Virus record (IMG/VR): IMGVR_UViG_3300008255_004085
From: an uncultured virus (IMG/VR IMGVR_UViG_3300008255_004085)
Taxonomy: Duplodnaviria; Heunggongvirae; Uroviricota; Caudoviricetes
Length of the DNA stretch: 20,000 bases
Strand: one strand, 5' to 3'
Below are positions 9,401 through 17,075 of the stretch, piece by piece; position 1 is the stretch's first letter; each line of letters begins with the position of its first letter. The translations under genes were made by a program, and so were the position numbers. The notes below the pieces were generated by a model. The model saw nothing but the letters and a program-made list of their open reading frames with translations. It made no database searches and was not told the origin of the DNA.

Positions 9401-9990
9401 TCATAAATATGTTGTCTAAATATTTCTTTTTGTCCATCTGTGCTATTATCTTTACCAACAACATTAGGTGGTAAAGACATGTGGTGATGAGGAATGTAGA
9501 CATTGTTTGTTCCTGCACCAGATTCGATACCTGGGACAAATGAGCCAAGAGCGACATTGAACCCTCCCCCTGGGTCTTTGAGCGCATTTGAAAAGAAATC
9601 TCCAAGATCTTGATAGAATGAAATATCTGGACCATACAAAGTTGGATTTTGAATATCTGTGGGACATTTAATTAAATCTGCTTCTGAATAAAAATATCCA
9701 TTTGGTGAAGCGCCATAGACAAAGGTGTGTTGTGGAGCGCCAGGGATAAGATTGATTGGAAGTCTTTTTCCAGTTCTCATCCTATTTTCACCGATGCTAA
9801 AATCTCCTGGTTCAACTTCATCTGCACTTGGACCAGTGTATCCAACAGAAGATGCTGAATATTGGGGATCATCATCACTTCCAACATCTGTTGGGCAATG
9901 AGACAAATCTTGTCTTGATTTAAGATCAACCAATCTTAAATTTAAGTTTAGTGAAGCTATTTCATTTTCATAGATGTAAGGCGATGGCAC
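6487..9990 (-). CDS. Putative baseplate hub / tail-tip protein with long N-terminal extension (1167 aa)
   Basis: GTG start with AGGAG (10002-9998). The C-terminal third has RTATIKIVNP...NFSGFVTSSDYQITGHGAVMTLKIQDPVSYLL, a pattern resembling the first barrel of hub proteins (T4 gp27 / Mu gp44 / Tal-like). Position downstream of tube and chaperone genes fits. Confidence 0.6.
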   Translation of the reverse strand: MPSPYIYENEIASLNLNLRLVDLKSRQDLSHCPTDVGSDDDPQYSASSVGYTGPSADEVEPGDFSIGENRMRTGKRLPINLIPGAPQHTFVYGASPNGYFYSEADLIKCPTDIQNPTLYGPDISFYQDLGDFFSNALKDPGGGFNVALGSFVPGIESGAGTNNVYIPHHHMSLPPNVVGKDNSTDGQKEIFRQHIYETNNIWDFNTKSGIRGSASSRYIFNQGPITPSSLFSDGYIKQQNNPEGNRITWFARGTFLKIYKVDNDYFKIDPNSMWIFMGSYRDSEFFEKITGIDPQKSGFDKAYMSAAQKLEGVALFRTKTGKEYSSGINAPFRLKIDITGINSVSAFRSGFPTVMIILGNGLLIDGDAVKGAQIILSPSKPPQITFPVRATNANRYLAMNAKVLGSSEIGSKTIFDAIRDANRAFLGILDLNVSNISNYYINTVTGKNPLKATDVNGVALSFQALGDVGEIRTDVSGETINAIIAPQMGVSRNNEGLNSVPQLGTSSYCAMKGSFKILATNCNGIFDAGPICYQSWNSRMIMFRHHYTHLFSGSVLKNFIMSGNDPIEKTTPYAKGEIGYSFNTLINNSTDELFTKDTSVTRYPDAISDPRGGMIISLHTATLNEKLTASNLPVNGGAVWETSAEIEGSFLQGPIGDGFETSDLGGSSLSETFGIQQIQNRGLYDSPSFGNTLPVYNRLQVPTVAVWAHAYQNSQLLTIWPEMSYTAWVSKIKGKLSGGASLPSALSSGDYSNYYGSESRFNQSDRTSSVEVDSDSVSSFNITSSLSCPVITRTATIKIVNPSSKVIDFIRQQGFTIGSQGWVDFSVKSLAGKSVNFSGFVTSSDYQITGHGAVMTLKIQDPVSYLLSKLKYPADHPVDGWLVHLAVPYILGRLGLPMNYSVFNVQGNIQSVPRIGRWIATDTKTKEISFNEDLNNNLQRALGVLFAYQYPVFYWSGGIKNPEISYRNAYDLKHVLPALTGGYRNAFEASSMFTFNYFDAHNKNKPLQRDSFRVSFDNTDMNYQNYIISEDRWRQIPIWVPMGMLSTPAITGFRSEKDINVKGVLTERGEINVLKALMERQNQFLNSMTVSYTEYGLPASYVSEGGGAGFTYRAINIPFTNMQSNAIILRQTDISWDAESGNNLTTNYEYELLKPSISEASSNMITG

Positions 9991-9997
9991 TTTTTAT

Positions 9998-10002
9998 CTC
10001 CT
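9998..10002 (-). promoter_or_regulatory. Shine-Dalgarno AGGAG for the GTG start at 9990
   Basis: AGGAGATAAAAAGTG on the minus strand. Confidence 0.8.
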
Positions 10003-10004
10003 AG

Positions 10005-11498
10005 CTATAACAGAATTAAGGTATTAGGGAAGTTTTCTTCCACTCCAACATTTTCTAAATTTATAGGACAAAAACTTATTGAATTTTGTGAACTATAAAA
10101 ACATGTTATTAAATTACCATCTCTATGGATGTTTAAAGTCGGTTTTTGCTTATTTTGATCAATTGCATATTCTCTATTCCCGAATTTAACATGAACAAAC
10201 GGTGGTTCTACTGCTTCCCAATCTGGGTTATAAAATCTATTATAAGTCTCTAATTTACTCTTTTGAGGATCTGGATATTTAACTTTCACGCTATCTTCTC
10301 TTGCTTTTTTCCCACTATAAGCTTTCAACAAGGTTGCGGCTGGAGATTCGTCTCCTGGTTTTGGCGTAGGTGCATTTGTCTTGTTGAATTCTAATATTCT
10401 TTCAACTGGCCCAGCAACTATAAATATTTCTGAGATTTCTAATGGTTCCCAAAAGAACCTTGTGTAATAATAAAACCTTGTATTAGGAATTTTTTGATTA
10501 TAAAAACTCGACCAAATCTCATGCTCATATGCATATCTTCTTCTACCAAAGTCATCTTGCCTGCTTTTTGTACCAGGATGATTCCAAATAGTTTTTAACA
10601 ATTCGACATTGTGACCTATTTTGCTATAACAAATAAATCCACCAAACCAAAATGATAAAATAAAGTCAGATGTTTTTGGATACCAGAAAATATCGAAATC
10701 TTCTAAAACAATTTCATTTGTTAAAAAATCACTTAAATAATTTATATTTTTTAGTCCTTTTGTTTCTGCACTAAAATCTGGTTTAGAATCTGTTCCTTGA
10801 TTAAATCCAGCATCAAAATAACTTATCATATCGGGGAAATTTTTTGAGAGACATTCAACAGATGGATTAAAAGGGCTGAGATTAAAAACACAGATTGGGG
10901 GAGTCCAATTTGATCCTAAATCTGCACTATACATACAATAAACCCTACCGATAAATGGAGAGCAATCTGAAGTTTTTCCTCGTCCTCTAAAGTTTTTGTT
11001 ATAAGAGAAAAAGAGGAAAAGACCACCCTGATCATCTTCTACCAACGAAGGTTTACCATCTGAGACCTCCACGCCTTGTCGTTGTGTTGTTGGATCTATT
11101 GTTTCGAAATCTGCAAAAATCATAGTTTTATCAATTTGATTTTTTAAAATTGGAGGGATTTCTTCAATTAACAAATCATCATCAGTGACAGAATTAGTTG
11201 TGCCACCTTCTCTCGCATCAAAATATCCTTTGGCCATTGGATTAAAAGGATAAAAATCAATTAAAAAATCATTTTGTAAACCACCTTCTTCTCTTGTATC
11301 TTGTGATTGTTCTGATAGAACCGGCAATCTTCCTTCGATAAATTTCAATGGTCTTTGTGGAATTCCATATCTTGAAATAACCATACCTACCAAACATCCA
11401 CTAATATGTCTACCGACTAGGTAATAACAATTACTTGTTTGTAACCATTTTAAAACTATATTATCAATATCTCTTAAAAATATTCCATCATTAGTCAT
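10005..11498 (-). CDS. Asp-box (BNR) containing protein, probable beta-propeller tail component (497 aa)
   Basis: YSADLGSNWT matches the Asp-box S-x-D-x-G-x-x-W and is preceded by the blade-like KPSLVEDDQGGLFLFFSY. A similar blade KPTLNIHRDGNLITCFY occurs near the C-terminus. Only gene here ending in TAG. Confidence 0.65.
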   Translation of the reverse strand: MTNDGIFLRDIDNIVLKWLQTSNCYYLVGRHISGCLVGMVISRYGIPQRPLKFIEGRLPVLSEQSQDTREEGGLQNDFLIDFYPFNPMAKGYFDAREGGTTNSVTDDDLLIEEIPPILKNQIDKTMIFADFETIDPTTQRQGVEVSDGKPSLVEDDQGGLFLFFSYNKNFRGRGKTSDCSPFIGRVYCMYSADLGSNWTPPICVFNLSPFNPSVECLSKNFPDMISYFDAGFNQGTDSKPDFSAETKGLKNINYLSDFLTNEIVLEDFDIFWYPKTSDFILSFWFGGFICYSKIGHNVELLKTIWNHPGTKSRQDDFGRRRYAYEHEIWSSFYNQKIPNTRFYYYTRFFWEPLEISEIFIVAGPVERILEFNKTNAPTPKPGDESPAATLLKAYSGKKAREDSVKVKYPDPQKSKLETYNRFYNPDWEAVEPPFVHVKFGNREYAIDQNKQKPTLNIHRDGNLITCFYSSQNSISFCPINLENVGVEENFPNTLILL

Positions 11499-14400
11499 TT
11501 AACTAGATTCCCTATTAATTTCTACCCAAGGAACATAAGCATCTTGGTTATTGTCTGTTTTTAATAATCTTACAATTGGATGGCCTTCTTCTGTTTGTTT
11601 ATCAATTAAAGCGATTAGTGTCCCTCCAGCATCATTAGCTTTTGAACTTCCTTCTGATGACAGAGTAGAAGAATCTGCTAAAGCACCATCATCTGCTGTC
11701 AGAATATCTCCATTCAAAGCCAGGTTTAGATTTTCTGCTGCACGAAAATCTGAACTTGGAATTGTAACAAGATAAATATTGCTTAATAAATCATCAATGA
11801 CCAACAATCTTGTAGAAAGATTCATTGTGGCGGTTGAACTTATATTCTTCTTTTCTGATGCTAATTTTGATCCACCTGCCAAAAGAGCAACTGCAATAGT
11901 TTGTGGAGACAACCCTTCGAATTCTAAAACCCATCCATATTTTCTTTCCATTGGGAATTCAAAAATAGGACTTGTCACCAAAGCATTGTAAATATGTCTT
12001 GTGTTTGAGCCAACCCAACCGAACATACTATTGAAATCCATAATATAATTCTGCATACCATGTGTTCCGACATAGCTCGGTGGGGAGTCGTTTAAACCAC
12101 GGAACCAAGCTATATGTTTCCCTCCTTTGACGTATCCACCTGGGCCTGTCATCTTTATTTTGCCAATAGTGCCATTGTGAATTAATTTAAAACTATCTTT
12201 TTTAATTCTTATTCTACATGGGCCATCTGTTGAACCAGTTGAATCAACAACGAATTTAAATCTAAATACAATATTGCCAGAATTTAAGAATGTTATATCA
12301 GAAATTATAGGGCCTAATTTTAATTTAAAATCAATTTCATCAGATGCTATTTCAAATTTTGATACAGAATCAACAAAAATATTTATAACTTCCCCTGTGC
12401 TTGTTATAATAAAAGCTTCTGCTATTAAAGCACCTGATTTTATTTGTGTGTCTTCTTGAAAGTCGGGGAAAATTATTTTTTCAACAGTAAATTCTAAATT
12501 CCAATAAAAATTAGGATCACCAGATAAGAAAGAATAATCTATCACAGATTGGCTTGTAATAAATGGAGTGAATTGTTCTAATGCCATAGCTTCTTTTATT
12601 TTTGCTTCTGAAAATGTAGATAAATCTGTTTTCAAAACTCCTCTAACATGGAAATAATCCACACCAGAATTATCACCATACGGAGACAATTGCATCATTT
12701 TTGTAAAATCTGGTTCTCCATGCCATCCAAAATCATAATTTTTAAATTCAGAATTATTTATTTCATCTGCTAAAAGAGGAGGAACAAATAAATTAAGATC
12801 ATTTAAGATTTCCTCTCCTCCGACTGGTGGTTTAAAGGTATTGTAAAATCTTTGTTCTAATCCTATGAAACTACTATCATAAACTTTTGCTGGGAGTTTG
12901 ATGGATGTGTCATCAATATCAACTGTTACTGATGGTCTTTGTCCCGCAAAGAAATCCTGAGATTTGGGGGTAAATTTTGCTCTTATATTAACAAAAAGCA
13001 TAACTTGTTCAGCAGAAAAGTATTTATCGCCGATTCCTGGATCATCATCAAAGATTCTTGTTGAATCTTTATCTAAAATTGTTGTCACATCTCCACTAAA
13101 TCCATCTATATAAGCTAAAATTCTATAGTTTTGCATATTTTGATTTAGAGGAGTTGTTAAGATGCTATTGCTTTTTGATCTTATATCTTCAAAATCTTCA
13201 TCGGTTTCATTTTGCTTCCAAATAAACTCTCTTCCTGGGCCATCTAGATTAGAAATCCCATCGGAACTATTTGTAGCATAAACTCTTGTTAAAAATTCAT
13301 ATTGTCCTAATTCTTCATCAATTGTTTCTGAAGAATTCCTATTATTATTCAAACTTGAAATTTTATCTAGAATGTCAGATGTTTGTTCTTGTCCATATCT
13401 AATCATATCTAAAGCATAAAATCTAAATTCTAGAAAACACATAGCATCATCTGTTGAAACGTCTGTTTTTGCTTTAACATTGATATCAATTTGTCCAATG
13501 CTTATAACCTTGAGATTATCTGTGCCGCTTGCATTTGTAAAAGATCCAGGCCATAAACACCATGTCCCTATGCTATCATCTGTGGTTGTTTCTCCCCATC
13601 TGCCAGCAGAAGATGTTAATTCTGTTATTACAACTTCCTCGTTTGGCTCTAATTGTTGACCGTTGTCTGGAATTGTTGAAACTTTCCCTTTGATATCACC
13701 ATCATTTGTGATATTGATTAATGTTGAATATCCACCAGGAGGTTGATGTGGATTCCAAACGAGTCTTGAGTTAACAGTTTTCCAACTTGGTGTTAAACCA
13801 ACAAATGTAATTTGGAAAAGGGTTGGCCCTAACCCCCCAGAGGTTCCTGCTGCAAATCCACCAAGTCCCATGGTAGCACCAACCATCATGCTCATCATTA
13901 ATCCCCAATCTTGGCCGACCCACATTGCATTCGTTGCAAAAGAATGTGCGAATCCAATCCCAGGATCCATTGGGTTGTAGCATTTAACATGGACAGTTGG
14001 TGTTGTTGATTCTGTCAAATTATTTATTGGATAAAGAGCTACACCGCCTCCTGTTGAAAAAGAGCCACTTGAAATTGTCCCTTGATTAATTAAACCATAT
14101 TGAAGGCCAGAAGACGGAAATACTTCTGCTGGGATGGCTTGAGACATATATGTATCAGATGAAGCAATAGATAATTTTTGTAAAAACAATTTATTTATTT
14201 GAAGATTAACACATGAAATATCAAAAACATACTTTCTAATATCCACACGCCTTGCTTTGTCGGCTCTCAATTTAGATTTTGCGTATTCCCATGCTGGACC
14301 TTGTTGAATTAAACATTGATAAACTTCTGGGAAAGCAACAAATGTTGGGACAATTGCAATAGATTTTATTGATGGGACTTCTGAAGCAAAGATATTCCCA

Positions 14401-15383
14401 TTTGAAAGTGTCCCAGCATAACCATTTTCATGTCTTCCTTCTGTTGATTCTAATCCCCAAACACGAGTTGATGGGTGCCATCCTCTTGTTGAGATTTCCT
14501 CTTCAGTTGCGAAATTATCTCCTTCTGAAATTGCGAGCCGATACCAAAGAGAATCTAAATCTGATGAAAGATTTGGATTTATAAAATTAGAAGCTGTTGC
14601 AGAAGAAGCTTTATTTTCGTTCCAAGATATTGAACCATTTTTATTTGATAAACCACAATAATCTGAAAGGATATCAGATTTAACAGGAAGCTCTCTAATT
14701 TTCTCTAGATATTTAACGTCAGAGGGGTTAGCAATTATTTGCCAATACTGAAAGGCCAAAGGGAATTGATAGCCCTCTAACCAAGTCCCAGGGCTTTCTG
14801 ACATCAGGTATGAGACGGCATCTTCCCAAGCATCTTGATAGGCAGCAAGGATATCATCGGAAGACACAAGATTCCCACCAAGAGAATTTCTTGAATAAGT
14901 TTTTGTGATTAAATAATCTGTCATTACTCCTGGTAAAAACCATTCATAATCAAAAGGATTATCCTCTAGTGAAATAACAAATCCTTGATTCTGCCCAAGG
15001 ATTGTTCCTCTCCCCAATATTTTTGTGGCATTAGATGCCATTTCTGAATAACTTTCACCATAGATAGAGATATCATCAATTGATTGAAGGATAGAATTCC
15101 AAATGCTAAACTTGTTTAAAACACCAATATCAGAATCTTTATAGTTCTTTTTTGATAATTCTAGATCTTCAAAAGAAGATCCATCACTATGTCCAGTCCA
15201 ATCTAAATTATTGATTTGAATAACAGGAGCTTCTTCATCAGAAGATCCATTAAAAGGCCAACCATCAGGAGTTTTAAAGACATAGACAGGACCACCAGTT
15301 TTCATTAGACCTGCCGCATCTAAATAATTCTGACGTGTTATGATCCCATATGGGACTTCTGGTGGCCAAAAATTATAACTCAT
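11499..15383 (-). CDS. Large hypothetical virion/tail-associated protein (1294 aa)
   Basis: Uninterrupted 3.9-kb ORF abutting both neighbours through TAAATG. Acidic and beta-rich, with one Gly/Met-rich hydrophobic segment. No family recognised. Confidence 0.7.
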   Translation of the reverse strand: MSYNFWPPEVPYGIITRQNYLDAAGLMKTGGPVYVFKTPDGWPFNGSSDEEAPVIQINNLDWTGHSDGSSFEDLELSKKNYKDSDIGVLNKFSIWNSILQSIDDISIYGESYSEMASNATKILGRGTILGQNQGFVISLEDNPFDYEWFLPGVMTDYLITKTYSRNSLGGNLVSSDDILAAYQDAWEDAVSYLMSESPGTWLEGYQFPLAFQYWQIIANPSDVKYLEKIRELPVKSDILSDYCGLSNKNGSISWNENKASSATASNFINPNLSSDLDSLWYRLAISEGDNFATEEEISTRGWHPSTRVWGLESTEGRHENGYAGTLSNGNIFASEVPSIKSIAIVPTFVAFPEVYQCLIQQGPAWEYAKSKLRADKARRVDIRKYVFDISCVNLQINKLFLQKLSIASSDTYMSQAIPAEVFPSSGLQYGLINQGTISSGSFSTGGGVALYPINNLTESTTPTVHVKCYNPMDPGIGFAHSFATNAMWVGQDWGLMMSMMVGATMGLGGFAAGTSGGLGPTLFQITFVGLTPSWKTVNSRLVWNPHQPPGGYSTLINITNDGDIKGKVSTIPDNGQQLEPNEEVVITELTSSAGRWGETTTDDSIGTWCLWPGSFTNASGTDNLKVISIGQIDINVKAKTDVSTDDAMCFLEFRFYALDMIRYGQEQTSDILDKISSLNNNRNSSETIDEELGQYEFLTRVYATNSSDGISNLDGPGREFIWKQNETDEDFEDIRSKSNSILTTPLNQNMQNYRILAYIDGFSGDVTTILDKDSTRIFDDDPGIGDKYFSAEQVMLFVNIRAKFTPKSQDFFAGQRPSVTVDIDDTSIKLPAKVYDSSFIGLEQRFYNTFKPPVGGEEILNDLNLFVPPLLADEINNSEFKNYDFGWHGEPDFTKMMQLSPYGDNSGVDYFHVRGVLKTDLSTFSEAKIKEAMALEQFTPFITSQSVIDYSFLSGDPNFYWNLEFTVEKIIFPDFQEDTQIKSGALIAEAFIITSTGEVINIFVDSVSKFEIASDEIDFKLKLGPIISDITFLNSGNIVFRFKFVVDSTGSTDGPCRIRIKKDSFKLIHNGTIGKIKMTGPGGYVKGGKHIAWFRGLNDSPPSYVGTHGMQNYIMDFNSMFGWVGSNTRHIYNALVTSPIFEFPMERKYGWVLEFEGLSPQTIAVALLAGGSKLASEKKNISSTATMNLSTRLLVIDDLLSNIYLVTIPSSDFRAAENLNLALNGDILTADDGALADSSTLSSEGSSKANDAGGTLIALIDKQTEEGHPIVRLLKTDNNQDAYVPWVEINRESS

Positions 15384-17075
15384 TTATTCCCCTAAAACAT
15401 TATCGAAAAATCTCTCGAAATCATTAAAACCTTGTGACATTTCATCTCTCATGATTTCTAATATTTTATCATTTGAAACATTTGAAATATTAGCAGATTC
15501 TAATTCTGGGTGGGAATCTAAAACTGAATTATAAATATCAAGATAATCATTATTTTCTTTAACTTTCATCATACTTTTACTGGTTATTTTCTTTTTATTT
15601 TCTTCTTCTATTATTTCTGCTATTTGGCGTGGGACACCACTTTTAACAGCTTCCTCTATCCTTTTTTCGCCTTCTGATACTGTTATATTATTTTCAGTCA
15701 AGTTTTCAGTTTTATTCTCATTTATATTTTTTTCAGTTAAGTTTTCAACTTCATATTCTATCTTTAAATCCTGTGCTTCTCCTAATTCTTTCTCATCATC
15801 AAATTTTATTCGATCATTAGAATTATTAGTTAACGATCCAGCAAGTGAACCAGCAAATGAATTTTGTGACAAATCAGACTGATCCTCTGAAATTTTAAAG
15901 GCTTCTTTTATTCTATCTAAATTCCCAGATGTTAGTGCAGATTTAACAAAATCATTTTTTTGATCTTTAACTTTTATATTTGATTCTAAATGTATTCCAT
16001 TAGGAGAGATAGTGTCATTATTTTCATTTAAATTAGATTTTCTTTCTCTTTGAAGAACCTCCTGAGATTGTTCCTGTCCTGTCTCTGCAATAAATGTTGA
16101 AAATCCACCCGCTAAATTATTTTGAATTTCATCACCAGAAATATTTGTAATATCTAAATTTTTAAATATATTTCTTATCTCATCACCTTGTTTTATTCGT
16201 TTAATTTGTGATAGAAAATTTGTGTTATTTGAGGTGTTTGAAGTATTAGAAATATTAAATAATTTATTTGTTATGTTGTTAATTAAATTAGAATTTTCAT
16301 TTTTAAAAGAATTCTCTATGATTTTTTCAAAAATTTTATTTGATTGAGGTGGGATTGTATTTGTTGTTGTTTGATTTTCAATTGTCTGATCAGGAGATCT
16401 TTCAATTGAAGGCAAGGTTGGTGTAGCACCAACTTGATCTATAAAATTTATATCATCATTTTCAGAAGTAGATTGTAAGATAGAATTAAGGATAGGATAT
16501 CTCTCAAAAATTTCATTTGTTTCATTTGTTTGATTGGTTTGATTTGTTTCATTTGTTCGATTTGTTTCATTTGTTTGATTGATTCGATTGGTTTCATTTA
16601 TTTGATTTGTTTCATTTTTTATTTTTTCTAATTCTTTTATTTTTTCTTTTCTATCAAATTTTTGAGCTTCTTTACTCTCTCTTATTGCTTTAGGGCTATC
16701 AGTTTTAGGAGAAACATTCTGTTGTTCAAATGTCTCTTCATTGTTATCTCCTAATCCAGAATAGCTATTTGTTAATCCCCCAACAAAATCCAGATTTTCA
16801 TTTTGGTTTTGTGGGAACATTTCTTGTGAAATAAAATTCATAAAAATTTCTTTTTTAGCATCATCTATCCCCATATCTTCTGACAAACCGCCGAGCGGGA
16901 CAGCATACGGGAATGAAGCTGTCCCATAAGTGCTTAAAATAGTACCTATTGAACCTGGACCAAACAATTCTTTTGTCCCACCTTCAGAAAATCCAACTTT
17001 ATTTGGTCCTTTTTTATCTGTAGAAATAGCTTTGTTCCTTTCCATAGATGGCCTTGTCCAAAAATTATTTTTCAT
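15384..17075 (-). CDS. Asn/Glu-rich low-complexity protein in tape-measure position (563 aa)
   Basis: ATG with AGGTGAT upstream (17085-17079). Contains a (N-E/Q/R-T/I)12 tandem repeat. Follows the chaperone-like gene directly, so the function is inferred from synteny only. Confidence 0.65.
   Translation of the reverse strand: MKNNFWTRPSMERNKAISTDKKGPNKVGFSEGGTKELFGPGSIGTILSTYGTASFPYAVPLGGLSEDMGIDDAKKEIFMNFISQEMFPQNQNENLDFVGGLTNSYSGLGDNNEETFEQQNVSPKTDSPKAIRESKEAQKFDRKEKIKELEKIKNETNQINETNRINQTNETNRTNETNQTNQTNETNEIFERYPILNSILQSTSENDDINFIDQVGATPTLPSIERSPDQTIENQTTTNTIPPQSNKIFEKIIENSFKNENSNLINNITNKLFNISNTSNTSNNTNFLSQIKRIKQGDEIRNIFKNLDITNISGDEIQNNLAGGFSTFIAETGQEQSQEVLQRERKSNLNENNDTISPNGIHLESNIKVKDQKNDFVKSALTSGNLDRIKEAFKISEDQSDLSQNSFAGSLAGSLTNNSNDRIKFDDEKELGEAQDLKIEYEVENLTEKNINENKTENLTENNITVSEGEKRIEEAVKSGVPRQIAEIIEEENKKKITSKSMMKVKENNDYLDIYNSVLDSHPELESANISNVSNDKILEIMRDEMSQGFNDFERFFDNVLGE
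16221..16256 (-). repeat. Short 9-bp-period repeat encoding NIS NTS NTS NNT
   Basis: Translated directly from the minus strand within the 563-aa ORF. Confidence 0.7.
16509..16616 (-). repeat. In-frame 9-bp degenerate tandem repeat x12 (consensus AATGAAACA on minus strand) encoding NET/NQT/NRT/NxI
   Basis: Read directly: NET NQI NET NRI NQT NET NRT NET NQT NQT NET NEI. Confidence 0.95.

Noticed and set aside
9940..10010. Possible stop-codon reassignment (TAG or TGA recoding as in some large phages)
   Set aside because: Standard-code ORFs already tile the window. Ten stops are TAA and one is TAG, and reading through that TAG only adds a short out-of-frame overlap with the next gene.
16509..16616. 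Repeat considered as a CRISPR array or DGR template/variable repeat
   Set aside because: It consists of contiguous 9-bp coding units with no spacers, and I saw no second copy with adenine-specific differences and no reverse transcriptase.
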